Shown: one piece after another, positions 7,670-16,253 of the stretch
How positions within the stretch are numbered: position 1 is the first letter of the stretch
Layout of the letters: the number at the start of each line of letters is the position of its first letter
The notes under the pieces: model-generated
The model's input: the letters and a program-made list of their open reading frames with translations, nothing else
Told to the model about the DNA's origin: nothing
Database searches by the model: none
Made by a program: the position numbers and the translations under genes
NCBI RefSeq assembly: GCF_001594005.1
Contig: NZ_LTBA01000003.1
Location: forward strand, 57,537 to 89,536
Origin: Clostridium tepidiprofundi DSM 19306
GTDB taxonomy: Bacteria; Bacillota; Clostridia; Clostridiales; Clostridiaceae
DNA: 32,000 bases
Reading direction: 5' to 3'

Positions 7670-8833
7670 AAACTCATTTGGTCTAGTATCACTAATATTG
7701 AAATAATATAATATAGAATCGATTATCCTTTCAGATGCTTTCCCATCACCATATGGATTTACTGCTGTACTCATTTTATTATAAACTTCTCTGTTATTTA
7801 GTAGCTCACTAGCACTTTTTATTATGATATCTTCAGCCGTACCAACAAGTTTAACAGTACCATACTCAACAGCTTCTTCTCTCTCTGTAACATCTCTAAA
7901 TACTAAAACTGGCTTAGAAAGATATGGTGCTTCCTCTTGAAGTCCCCCTGAGTCTGTCATAACCATATAGCATTTATTCATTAAATTATGTGCTTCTCTA
8001 GTATTAATTGGTGGTAGTAAATAAACTCTTTCAATGTTTTCTAAATATTTATATACAGTATTTCTAACTATCGGATTTAAATGCACTAAAAAAACTATCT
8101 CTACTTCATTATTATTTTCAACAATTTTTCTAAGTGCTTTGCATATATTTTCTATTCCTTTTCCCCAATTTTCTCTTCTGTGTGCAGTTACCATTATTAT
8201 CTTTTTATTTTCATAATCTAAATCATTCAGAATATCATTTTCAAATTTATATTTGTCTTTAACTGTATATTTGAGTGCATCAATAACTGTGTTGCCAGTA
8301 ACAAATATATTTTCTTCTTTTACTCCTTCTGTTAAAAGATTTCTTTTATTCACTTCAGTAGGTGCAAAATTCAAATCTGCTATTACTCCTGTAAGTCTCC
8401 TATTCATCTCCTCTGGATATGGAGAGTATTTTTCAAAACTCCTAAGTCCCGCTTCAACATGCCCAACTTTAATTTTTTTATAAAAAGCCGATAGAGCTGC
8501 CGCAAATGTAGTAGTTGTATCACCATGAACTAAAATCATATCCGGAGTATATTCTTTGTAAATGTTCTCAAGTCCAACAAGTACTCTATTCGTTACACCT
8601 GTCAGATTCTGCTTATATTTCATTATGTCCAAGTCATAATCAGTATCAATATCAAACAATTCTAATACTTGATCTAACATCTCTCTATGCTGAGCAGTAA
8701 CACATATTTTAGATTCAAAGTATTTATTTCTATCAAGCAACTTAATTAGCGGAGCCATCTTTATAGCTTCCGGTCTTGTACCAAATATTGACATTATCTT
8801 TATTCTTTTAGTTACATTCATCTTTTTCACCAT
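7667..8833 (-). CDS. wecB: UDP-N-acetylglucosamine 2-epimerase (non-hydrolysing)
   Basis: The FGTRPEAIKMAPL N-terminal signature, HVEAGLRS, and DSGGLQEEAP are all diagnostic. The start could be ATG 8833 or the ATG four codons downstream (8821). Confidence 0.9.
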   Translation of the reverse strand: MVKKMNVTKRIKIMSIFGTRPEAIKMAPLIKLLDRNKYFESKICVTAQHREMLDQVLELFDIDTDYDLDIMKYKQNLTGVTNRVLVGLENIYKEYTPDMILVHGDTTTTFAAALSAFYKKIKVGHVEAGLRSFEKYSPYPEEMNRRLTGVIADLNFAPTEVNKRNLLTEGVKEENIFVTGNTVIDALKYTVKDKYKFENDILNDLDYENKKIIMVTAHRRENWGKGIENICKALRKIVENNNEVEIVFLVHLNPIVRNTVYKYLENIERVYLLPPINTREAHNLMNKCYMVMTDSGGLQEEAPYLSKPVLVFRDVTEREEAVEYGTVKLVGTAEDIIIKSASELLNNREVYNKMSTAVNPYGDGKASERIIDSILYYFNISDTRPNEF

Positions 8834-8853
8834 CTTTGTTTATCATTAAAAAT

Positions 8854-9675
8854 TCACTCTTTTTTCTGTGACAAAATAGCATTTATCTCTCCCCCTAACA
8901 GTATAACAACTGAAGTTATAAATAGCCATACCATAAGTACAATTATTGCACCAATTCCACCATAAATTCCCGAATAATTATTAAAATTATTTACATAAAA
9001 AGCAAATGCCATAGATGACAGCAACCATCCTAATGTACAAAATGTTGCCCCAGGCATGACTTCATGCCAATCAAGCTTTTTACACGGCGTTAAGTGATAC
9101 AATGCTGCAAATGCAAATATCATTAATACAATTGCACCTATATACCTTAATATATTCCAATTAATTTTAAAATTAATCGACAATCCTAACTTGGTTACCA
9201 TCATATTGCCTATCATTTCACCAAATACTAATAATGATATTGAAAAAATTATTATAAATGTCAATGCAAACATACACAAAACCGATATAATGACAACCAT
9301 CCAGTATGGTCTTTTTTCTTCTCTATTGTAAGCTTTATTCAATCCTTTAATTACAGCTCTAAAACCACTTGAACCAACCCAAATCGTAACTATCGCACTA
9401 AATGATAGTAAATTTCCATTTCTTGAATCTACTATTTCTATTACTGTACTTGTTATCAAATCAAAAGCATTAGTAGGTAAAACCGTCCTCAACATAGATA
9501 ATACATCACTACTATTAACTGAAGAATATCCCACTATAGTAAGCAAAAAAATCAAAAACGGGAAAAAAGATAATATTAAACTATATGCAAGTTGAGAAGC
9601 TAATGCAATAATATCATCTTCAAAAAACTTTCTACCGAGAATTTTCAAATCATCAATCATATCTTTATTCTCCAA
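8854..9675 (-). CDS. YihY/virulence factor BrkB family membrane protein
   Basis: LASQLAYSLILSFFPFLIFLLTIVG and six hydrophobic helices are typical of YihY (formerly annotated RNase BN). Lies 20 nt upstream of wecB on the same strand. Confidence 0.85.
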   Translation of the reverse strand: MENKDMIDDLKILGRKFFEDDIIALASQLAYSLILSFFPFLIFLLTIVGYSSVNSSDVLSMLRTVLPTNAFDLITSTVIEIVDSRNGNLLSFSAIVTIWVGSSGFRAVIKGLNKAYNREEKRPYWMVVIISVLCMFALTFIIIFSISLLVFGEMIGNMMVTKLGLSINFKINWNILRYIGAIVLMIFAFAALYHLTPCKKLDWHEVMPGATFCTLGWLLSSMAFAFYVNNFNNYSGIYGGIGAIIVLMVWLFITSVVILLGGEINAILSQKKE

Positions 9676-9963
9676 TCACTGATTAACAAATTTACTAGAG
9701 TATATAATTTTCTAAACAAAATGTGAATTCTTATACTTATATTTATATTAATTGTAAAATTCTCCAAACCGCATAATATTCTAGCAAAAAAAATATAAAT
9801 CTTATATACTTGCAAAATTCTTAAAACCGTATAATTCTCTAAACCAAAATATGAATTTTATAGCCTGACAAATAAAAAATGCATTACCACAAATTATAAT
9901 ATTCAAATTTTACTAAATATATGTAATTAGTATTATACAACAAAGTAAAAAGTATTACAAAAA

Positions 9964-10002
9964 AATTAAGTTGTTAATACAAAACATATTAACAACTTAA
10001 TT
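9964..10002 (-). terminator. rho-independent terminator downstream of the YitT-family gene
   Basis: AATTAAGTTGTTAATA / TATTAACAACTTAATT 16-bp stem, followed by TTTTTTT on the minus strand (TTTTTAT on the plus strand). Confidence 0.8.
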
Positions 10003-10024
10003 TTTATCAATAATACTACTCTAA

Positions 10025-10873
10025 CTATAATGCAGGTTTTAAAAAACCATTTCCTTGGACTTCAGAAGCATCTACTACAGAAACCAATGCCTTACTATCT
10101 ATTTTATCAATAATAGCTTTAGCCCTTGTCAATTCCCTTAATGTAACAATGCAATATAATATCTTCTTTTTATCCCCTGTATATGCACCTTCAGCATCTA
10201 AAAAAGTTACGCCTCTTCCAATTTTATTCATTATTTCAGTTGAAATCTCTTTTTCCTTAGATGTTATAGCCATAATCATCTTCTTTTGTTCAAAACCAAC
10301 AATAACCCTATCAATTACCAAAGACTTAATGTACATCAATAGTACTGTATATAATGTTAGTTTTAAATTAGTAACAAATACTCCAAGTAAAACTATTGTA
10401 CCATTAAGAACAAAATATAGCGTCGACATTTTAGCTCCATTTTTATTTCTTATTATCACAGCTATAATATCCGTTCCACCTTGTGAAGCTCTATTCTTAA
10501 AAATAATTCCCATACCAATACCACTTATTATAGCACCAAAAATAGTCGATATAACAATATCATCAACCTTTAAAAATCCTACAATGTTTCTTGTTATTAT
10601 CAAGAATCCTGACATGGTAAGCATTCCTAGAATACTAAAAAGTACAAAATCCTTATCAACTTTCTTAACCCCGATTATGAATATGGGAATATTTAATATA
10701 AATACCCAATATCCTGATGGGACACTAGTAACATATTGGAATAATAATGAAATCCCTGCAATTCCACCACTCAATAATTTATGAGGTGCTATAAAAGCAT
10801 TAATACCAATTGCATAAAGCAAACTTCCTAATGAAACAAGTAAACTTCTTTTGATAATATTATTATTTTCCAT
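10025..10873 (-). CDS. YitT family membrane protein (DUF161 repeats plus C-terminal DUF2179)
   Basis: 282 aa with five or six TM helices, a GGTDIIAVII motif, and a soluble DUF2179-like C-terminus (VTFLDAEGAYTG...LVSVVDASEVQGNGF). Confidence 0.85.
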   Translation of the reverse strand: MENNNIIKRSLLVSLGSLLYAIGINAFIAPHKLLSGGIAGISLLFQYVTSVPSGYWVFILNIPIFIIGVKKVDKDFVLFSILGMLTMSGFLIITRNIVGFLKVDDIVISTIFGAIISGIGMGIIFKNRASQGGTDIIAVIIRNKNGAKMSTLYFVLNGTIVLLGVFVTNLKLTLYTVLLMYIKSLVIDRVIVGFEQKKMIMAITSKEKEISTEIMNKIGRGVTFLDAEGAYTGDKKKILYCIVTLRELTRAKAIIDKIDSKALVSVVDASEVQGNGFLKPAL

Positions 10874-10924
10874 TTTATTTCTCCTTTATTATTAATTATG
10901 AATATAAAATACATTGAACATATC

Positions 10925-10990
10925 TAAGGCATAGTGAATTCGTTTTGTTAAAGCAAAACTTTGACTTGTTATTTTCTTTCAAATGCCTTA
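10925..10990 (+). repeat. short family A element (copy A2) in the leader of the YitT-family gene
   Basis: TAAGGCAT...CGTTTTGTTAAAGCAAAAC...TTTGACTTGTTATTTTCTTTCAAATGCCTTA. The right arm is nearly identical to 7539-7569. Bracketed by TA. Confidence 0.75.
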
Positions 10991-11094
10991 CTTTCATATT
11001 CCTAAATCTTAATATAAAACGGAAAATAATGTATCAATATCCTATTCAAAGGTATATTACCCTTTGAAAAAAGATAAAGTATTATGGCTCTCAT

Positions 11095-11290
11095 CACATA
11101 TTCCTCCCCTCCGAAAGACTTGCGAAGAGCAACAGGCAGGTCTCCTGACTCATGATTCATCCTCCTTCTACCCTTCCCAGCAAATAGCCAGTGGTATACT
11201 TAGAATTCGTCATCATTCACAGTAGCGGGGGCTGTAGTGGATTTTCACCACTTTCCCTTTTCATTCTAAAAAGAACACCTGTCACCTACT
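11095..11290 (-). promoter_or_regulatory. cobalamin (B12) riboswitch
   Basis: The minus strand reads GGGAAAGTGGTGAAAATCCACTACAGCCCCCGCTACTGT...GCCACTGG...GGGAAGG...AGTCAGGAGACCTGCC. These are the conserved core and the B12 box. A CTCTTCG/CGGAGGG helix can mask the following GGAGGGGAGG. Confidence 0.85.
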
Positions 11291-11314
11291 TTTTTAGTTT
11301 TCTTCACACACAGG

Positions 11315-11343
11315 ATTATATAAGCATTACTTATATTGGTCAA
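11315..11343 (-). promoter_or_regulatory. sigma-A promoter of the B12-riboswitch transcript
   Basis: On the minus strand: TTGACC (11338-11343), 17-nt spacer, TATAAT (11315-11320), about 25 nt upstream of the aptamer. Confidence 0.55.
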
Positions 11344-11450
11344 ATCTATATATCTTTAAATTCTATTGTATAAGCAAATTATCTCAATATATTTCTGCTT
11401 TATTTCAATTTACTCATGACATTACAGTCCATTTAGTTCCAATCATTAAA

Positions 11451-11488
11451 TACAACCCATTATTGGATTAATCCAATAATGGGTTGTA
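11451..11488 (-). terminator. terminator hairpin downstream of metG
   Basis: TACAACCCATTATTGGA / TCCAATAATGGGTTGTA 17-bp perfect stem with a TTAA loop, starting 7 nt after the metG stop. The trailing T-run is weak (ATTTAATG). Confidence 0.6.
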
Positions 11489-11494
11489 TTGCTT

Positions 11495-13450
11495 CTATCC
11501 TACTTGACTGCCATTTGGCAATTTACCCTGAATTCCTGCTAAAACAAGCTTACTATCATCATTAGTATATGCTGCAAGTATCATTCCTTGTGACAATTCT
11601 CCTCTTAATTTCACAGGTTTAAGATTTGCTACAAGAATAACTTGTTTACCAATCAAATCTTCTGGTTTATAATGCTGTGCTATTCCTGAAACTACCTGTC
11701 TGATTTCTCCACCCAAATCAACTTTCAATTTAAGTAGCTTTTTAGCTTTTTTAATAGGTTCACACTCCAAAACGGTAACTACTCTTAAATCTATTTTATC
11801 AAAATCATCTATTGTTATTTCATCTTTGATTGGAATCATTTCTTGCTTTTCTTCATCATTTGCAGCAGCCGCAGCCTTTCTCTGTTCTTCGGCTATTTTT
11901 TCAAACTCTGCTAATTTCTTTTCAACATCGATTCTTGGGAATATAACCCCCTTTTTCTCAACTTTAGTACCTGCCTTTGTTCCATCAAAGGATACAAGAC
12001 TATCCCACGAAGTTAAGTCTATATTTAATTGCTCATTTATTTTTTCACTAGTCTCTGGCAAGAATGGTGAAACTAATACTGATATAAATCTCAAAGATTC
12101 TGATAAATTGTAAAGTACAGTAGAAAGCCTATCTTTTTTGCTTTCGTCCTTACCAAGAATCCATGGCTCTGTTTCATCTATATATTTATTTGTTCTTCTT
12201 ATAAGTGTCCAAATATGGTCAAGTGCATAAGGTATCTTTAAATCATCTATTTCTTTTTCAACTTTAGAAGGAGTTTCTAATGCTAATTTTATAAGTTCAT
12301 CATCAACAGCTTCCTTTACATTAGGTGCAGGCATTTCTCCTCCAAAGTACTTAGAAATCATAGTAACTGTTCTTGAAAGAAGATTTCCTAAATCATTTGC
12401 AAGGTCTGAATTAGTTTTTTTGATAAATATTTCATTACTAAATATTCCATCAGAACCAAATGGAATCTCGTGAAGTAAATAATATCTAACTGCATCTACT
12501 CCAAAATGCTCTACAAGCACTTCTGGATCAACAATATTTCCTTTTGATTTAGACATTTTACCCCCCTCAAGCATAAGCCATCCATGACCAAATACTTGCT
12601 TAGGAAGTGGTAATTCAAGTGCCATTAACATAATTGGCCAATATATTGTATGGAATCTTAAAATGTCCTTACCAATAAGGTGTACATCTGCTGGCCAATA
12701 TTTTTCCATTAATGCTGGCTCATCATTTAAATATCCTAATGCTGTAATATAGTTTGAAAGTGCATCTATCCAAACATAAACAACATGATCAGTATCAAAT
12801 TCAACAGGAATACCCCAATTAAAAGATGTCCTAGAAACACATAAATCTTGAAGTCCTGGTCTTAAGAAATTATTGAGCATTTCATTTTTTCTTGTTTCTG
12901 GTTGAATAAAATCTGGGTGTGTTTCAATATATTCAATTAATCTATCTGCATATTTGCTCATTTTAAAGAAATATGCTTCTTCCTTAGCTTTCTCCACTGG
13001 TCTTCCACAATCAGGACATTTTCCATCTACCAGTTGTGATTCAGTGAAGAATGACTCACAAGGAGTGCAATACCATCCTTCATATTCTCCTTTGTATATA
13101 TCTCCCTTGTCATATAGTTTCTTAAAAATTTTTTTGACTGATTCTTCATGATAATTGTCAGTAGTTCTTATGAATTTATCATAGCTAATATTCATTAATT
13201 TCCACAGTTCCTTAATTCCAGCTACAATTTCATCAACATATTGTTTTGGAGTTACTCCCTTTTCCTCCGCTATTCTTTGAATTTTTTGTCCATGCTCGTC
13301 GCTCCCAGTTAAAAACATTACATCATAACCAGTGAGTCTCTTAAATCTTGCAACAGCGTCAGCCGCAACAGTTGTATAAGTATTACCAATGTGAAGTTTT
13401 GCCGATGGATAATAAATAGGTGTCGTAATATAATACGGTTTCTTGTTCAT
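11495..13450 (-). CDS. metG: methionine--tRNA ligase with C-terminal EMAP/Trbp111-like tRNA-binding domain
   Basis: HIGN (HIGH) and KMSKS motifs, a CxxC...CPDC zinc knuckle, and a C-terminal LRVVTVLECEPIKKAKKLLKLKVDLG OB domain. Start set at ATG 13448-13450 (MNKKPYYITTPIYY) after AGGAAGG. The track's longer ORF runs into the leader. Confidence 0.95.
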   Translation of the reverse strand: MNKKPYYITTPIYYPSAKLHIGNTYTTVAADAVARFKRLTGYDVMFLTGSDEHGQKIQRIAEEKGVTPKQYVDEIVAGIKELWKLMNISYDKFIRTTDNYHEESVKKIFKKLYDKGDIYKGEYEGWYCTPCESFFTESQLVDGKCPDCGRPVEKAKEEAYFFKMSKYADRLIEYIETHPDFIQPETRKNEMLNNFLRPGLQDLCVSRTSFNWGIPVEFDTDHVVYVWIDALSNYITALGYLNDEPALMEKYWPADVHLIGKDILRFHTIYWPIMLMALELPLPKQVFGHGWLMLEGGKMSKSKGNIVDPEVLVEHFGVDAVRYYLLHEIPFGSDGIFSNEIFIKKTNSDLANDLGNLLSRTVTMISKYFGGEMPAPNVKEAVDDELIKLALETPSKVEKEIDDLKIPYALDHIWTLIRRTNKYIDETEPWILGKDESKKDRLSTVLYNLSESLRFISVLVSPFLPETSEKINEQLNIDLTSWDSLVSFDGTKAGTKVEKKGVIFPRIDVEKKLAEFEKIAEEQRKAAAAANDEEKQEMIPIKDEITIDDFDKIDLRVVTVLECEPIKKAKKLLKLKVDLGGEIRQVVSGIAQHYKPEDLIGKQVILVANLKPVKLRGELSQGMILAAYTNDDSKLVLAGIQGKLPNGSQVG

Positions 13451-13550
13451 TAAAATTCCTTCCTTTCTTTTTATAGATTCAAACTTTACAGATATAAAAT
13501 TTAACACTTTGATATTTGCAAAAGTTAATTTGTAAACTAAAAACATTAAT

Positions 13551-13880
13551 AAAAAACAAACGCCTCCAAGCCAAATCTTGCTTAGAGGCGAATATACGCG
13601 TTACCACTCTAATTCTTCCCTACCTCACGATAAGGAACTCATTAAGTGACTCTCAACCTAAATAGAAAGGTCAATTTATCACTTTGCAATATAACGGTTG
13701 CAAATCCGTACTGCTCTACTACCACTTCAAACAGTATGCTCCAAGGCCATGTTCGTAAACTTCCATATCGCCAGCTTTCACCTGACCTGGCTCTCTTTAG
13801 ATACTTTCATTTACTACTCTTCTCTTCAACGCATTTACTCCACTCATACTTAACACTCATGCTTAAAGTCTTTTTATTTA
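13551..13880 (-). promoter_or_regulatory. T-box leader (Met specifier candidate) controlling metG
   Basis: The minus strand carries AGAGAG plus a GGTGAAAGC stem-I distal region and a candidate specifier AUG-G (13748-13750). It also has the T-box sequence AATTAGAGTGGTAACGCG (13597-13614). The terminator is CGCCTCTAAGCAAGATTTGGCTTGGAGGCG followed by TTTGTTTTTT. Confidence 0.85.
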
Positions 13881-13886
13881 CTAATA

Positions 13887-13915
13887 ATATTATTATAGTT
13901 AACAGTCTCTGTCAA
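13887..13915 (-). promoter_or_regulatory. candidate sigma-A promoter of the metG leader
   Basis: On the minus strand: TTGACA (13910-13915), 17-nt spacer, TAATAT (13887-13892). Confidence 0.45.
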
Positions 13916-13944
13916 TATTATTGTTAAATCAAACATAATTTATT

Positions 13945-14508
13945 CTATTTATTCTTTATTTCAATATATCTAGCTTTTACGCTTTTCAAATCTTGCCAAA
14001 AAAATTTTTTCTTGCTCTCATCCCTTAGTAATGCAGCTGGATGAAATGTTGCCATCATATAAACTCCTTTTCTTTTAATCCATTGTCCTCTATTTCTTGT
14101 TATTCTCCATTCTTTACTTATAACATATCTCATTGCAACAGAACCTAAACATACAATTATCTTTGGTTTTATTAGTGCTGCTTGATTTCTTAGGTAAGGT
14201 AAACACGCATATGCTTCCTCTTCTTTAGGATTTCTGTTTTTAGGAGGTCTACATTTACATATATTGCATATATAATAATCTTCTTCTCTTGTTAGTTCTA
14301 GTGCTGTAAGTGCTTTATTAAGAAGTTGACCTGCTTTTCCAACAAAAGGAACTCCCGTTCTATCTTCATCTCCTCCAGGCGCCTCTCCAATAAACATAAT
14401 ATCTGCATTAATATTTCCCTCTCCAAAAACCATTTTATTTCTATTTTTACACAACTCGCATTTGCTACAATTTAAACATTCATCGTATAATTCTTTCCAT
14501 TGAAACAC
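13945..14508 (-). CDS. uracil-DNA glycosylase, family 4 (Fe-S type)
   Basis: An N-terminal Cys cluster ([10 protein letters not shown]), [23 protein letters not shown], and the HPAALLR motif are characteristic of family 4 UDG. Confidence 0.85.
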   Translation of the reverse strand: MFQWKELYDECLNCSKCELCKNRNKMVFGEGNINADIMFIGEAPGGDEDRTGVPFVGKAGQLLNKALTALELTREEDYYICNICKCRPPKNRNPKEEEAYACLPYLRNQAALIKPKIIVCLGSVAMRYVISKEWRITRNRGQWIKRKGVYMMATFHPAALLRDESKKKFFWQDLKSVKARYIEIKNK

Positions 14509-14654
14509 ACTTTCACCTCATTTCTTACATCATATCATTGAGATAATTTTACCACATTTCCCATTATAGCAAAAAAAATTTCATCTATTTTCCCAATTGT
14601 ATAAATTGAGGCATATGTTATTAATATAAACATCTATTTTTTGAGGTGATTAAC

Positions 14655-14828
14655 ATGAAAAATAAAAAAGAAGACAACTTCAAAAAAGCTTATATTGAGC
14701 TTTTGACTAAACTCCAAACAGCTGTAAACAATATAAATGCTTCTGATTATAGCAAAAAGTCACTGGGGAGATTTAAAGAAAAGGTTGAAAAAATCGTTTA
14801 TGAAGCAAACGAATATATTAAGAATTGA
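14655..14828 (+). CDS. small hypothetical protein (57 aa, helical, K/E-rich)
   Basis: ATG at 14655 lies 6 nt after GAGGTG and is followed by a strong terminator. No family recognised. Confidence 0.4.
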   Translation: MKNKKEDNFKKAYIELLTKLQTAVNNINASDYSKKSLGRFKEKVEKIVYEANEYIKN

Positions 14829-14844
14829 CATACAATAAAAAAAT

Positions 14845-14869
14845 AAAGAGGCCTGCAAAATGCCTCTTT
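14845..14869. terminator. bidirectional rho-independent terminator (small ORF / spmB)
   Basis: AAAGAGGC / GCCTCTTT stem with a 9-nt loop, flanked by an A-run upstream and a T-run downstream. Confidence 0.8.
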
Positions 14870-14875
14870 ATACTT

Positions 14876-15412
14876 TTAATTAAACATAACTCTTGCCAAA
14901 GTTACCGCCATAATAATCGCAGTAATATCAGCAAAAATAGCGGCCCACAAAGTATGTCTTATTTTTTTTATATTAACGGCTCCATAATATACAGTTAACG
15001 TATAAAAGATAGTTTCAGTAGACCCCATTATAATTGAAGCAACAAGCCCAATATAAGTATCTGCACCATATTTATTTAGTATATCAGTAAAAACACCTAA
15101 AGCTCCACTACCTGATAATGGCTTAATTAAAACCAGTGGTAGTATTTCGGAAGGTAGTCCAATTATTTGAGATATGGGCTTCATTATATTGATAAATCCA
15201 TCTAATATTTTAGATTCTCTAAGAACAGAAACTGCTAAAAGCATTGCAAGAAGATATGGAAATATCTTAAGGCAAATTTTAAGTCCTTCTTTTGCTCCCT
15301 CAATGAAACATTCGTAAACTTTTACACCTTTAAATATACCATATGTAATAATAGCTACAACAATCAAAGGTATAATTGCTATTATTAAATATTCATGTAC
15401 TAATTTTATCAT
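14876..15412 (-). CDS. spmB: spore maturation protein B
   Basis: Nucleoside-recognition-type membrane protein (GVKVYECFIEGAKEGLKI). Start set at ATG 15410-15412 (MIKLVHEY), 10 nt after GAGGTG, giving 178 aa. Lies directly after spmA. Confidence 0.8.
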   Translation of the reverse strand: MIKLVHEYLIIAIIPLIVVAIITYGIFKGVKVYECFIEGAKEGLKICLKIFPYLLAMLLAVSVLRESKILDGFINIMKPISQIIGLPSEILPLVLIKPLSGSGALGVFTDILNKYGADTYIGLVASIIMGSTETIFYTLTVYYGAVNIKKIRHTLWAAIFADITAIIMAVTLARVMFN

Positions 15413-15432
15413 TTTATCAATACACCTCATTC

Positions 15433-16008
15433 TTAGAAAAATCTGCTTAATATTTTACTAACGAGCACTCCTACTATAGCAGCTGTTCCTGTAGCAATTA
15501 TTGCAGGTATAATTATCATTCCTGGGTTTTTAGATCCACTTGCTGCTCTTATTGAAATTACGGTAGTAGGCACAAATTGAATACAAGCTGCATTAAGAAC
15601 TAAAAATAGTGCCATATCATCTGTTGCAGTATCTTTTTTAGGATTCAACTTATTCATTTCCTCAATCGCTTTTATTCCAAATGGAGTTGCTGCATTAGAA
15701 ATTCCCATCATATTTGCAGTTAAATTCATAACAATAGCTCCCATAGCTTTACTATCTTTTCCCTCTTTCTTAAATATCATATTCAATATTGGACGTAATA
15801 TCTTTGCAATTTTTTCAGTCAGTCCACTTTCTTCTGCTATTTTCATAACGCCACACCACAAACACATCATACCTATTAACTTAATAATCAATTCAACTGT
15901 TGATTCAGTGGACATAACCATTGCCTTTGTTATACCTTCTCCATTTCCAGTTAAAATCCCTACGATTATTCCTGATGCCAATATCAAAAACCAAATAATA
16001 TTCATCAT
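15433..16008 (-). CDS. spmA: spore maturation protein A
   Basis: MMNIIWFLILASGIIVGILTGNGEGITKAM and downstream helices match SpmA (Gate/nucleoside recognition domain). RBS AAGGGGGAT lies upstream. Confidence 0.8.
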   Translation of the reverse strand: MMNIIWFLILASGIIVGILTGNGEGITKAMVMSTESTVELIIKLIGMMCLWCGVMKIAEESGLTEKIAKILRPILNMIFKKEGKDSKAMGAIVMNLTANMMGISNAATPFGIKAIEEMNKLNPKKDTATDDMALFLVLNAACIQFVPTTVISIRAASGSKNPGMIIIPAIIATGTAAIVGVLVSKILSRFF

Positions 16009-16189
16009 AATGTATAAGTATCCCCCTTGATTCAGTTTGCCAAAGTACTAGACATACTACATTTATACATGTTAATGTTAAAATATATACCTAAGCTCAA
16101 ACTTAATCTTAAATTCAAACTTATACTTAATATATATACCCATTTTTATAATCATATTACTAATACCACTTTGAATTACATACAAAACA

Positions 16190-16233
16190 AAAGTCCACAA
16201 ACATCATTTTTATAAATAACGTTTGTGGACTTT
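16190..16233. terminator. rho-independent terminator downstream of the histidine kinase
   Basis: AAAGTCCACAAAC / GTTTGTGGACTTT 13-bp stem, followed by TTGTTTTG on the minus strand and TTTAAAA on the plus strand. Confidence 0.75.
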
Positions 16234-16253
16234 TTTAAAATCACTCAAATTGT

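Noticed and set aside
10149-10784. 211-codon plus-strand ORF antisense to the YitT-family gene. Similar long antisense ORFs occur at 29631-30221, 31186-31677, 2137-2577, 1784-2044, 16579-16881 and 11826-12113.
   Set aside because: These are shadow ORFs on the opposite strand of well-supported genes. They have no RBS and their composition is low-complexity, rich in Ser, Ile, Phe and Leu. The sense-strand products carry clear family motifs.
11002-11094. 30-codon ORF directly served by the riboswitch-masked RBS, considered as a real small-protein gene.
   Set aside because: It is not reported as a feature. It is too short and unconserved-looking to call from sequence alone, and it may be the stump of a deleted gene. 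It is kept only as part of the riboswitch finding.
11191-11373. 60-codon plus-strand ORF from the track.
   Set aside because: It is antisense to the cobalamin riboswitch aptamer and its promoter. Its openness comes from the G+C-rich structured RNA sequence.
13646-13927. 93-codon plus-strand ORF from the track.
   Set aside because: It lies entirely within the minus-strand T-box leader and promoter of metG. It has no RBS. The region is explained by conserved T-box motifs.
16027-16215. 62-codon plus-strand ORF in the spmA upstream region. I also looked there for a sigma-E or sigma-G type sporulation promoter.
   Set aside because: The ORF is low-complexity (repeated AAACTTA/CTTAA words) with no RBS. 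I could not find a convincing match to sporulation sigma-factor consensus elements, so no promoter is called.
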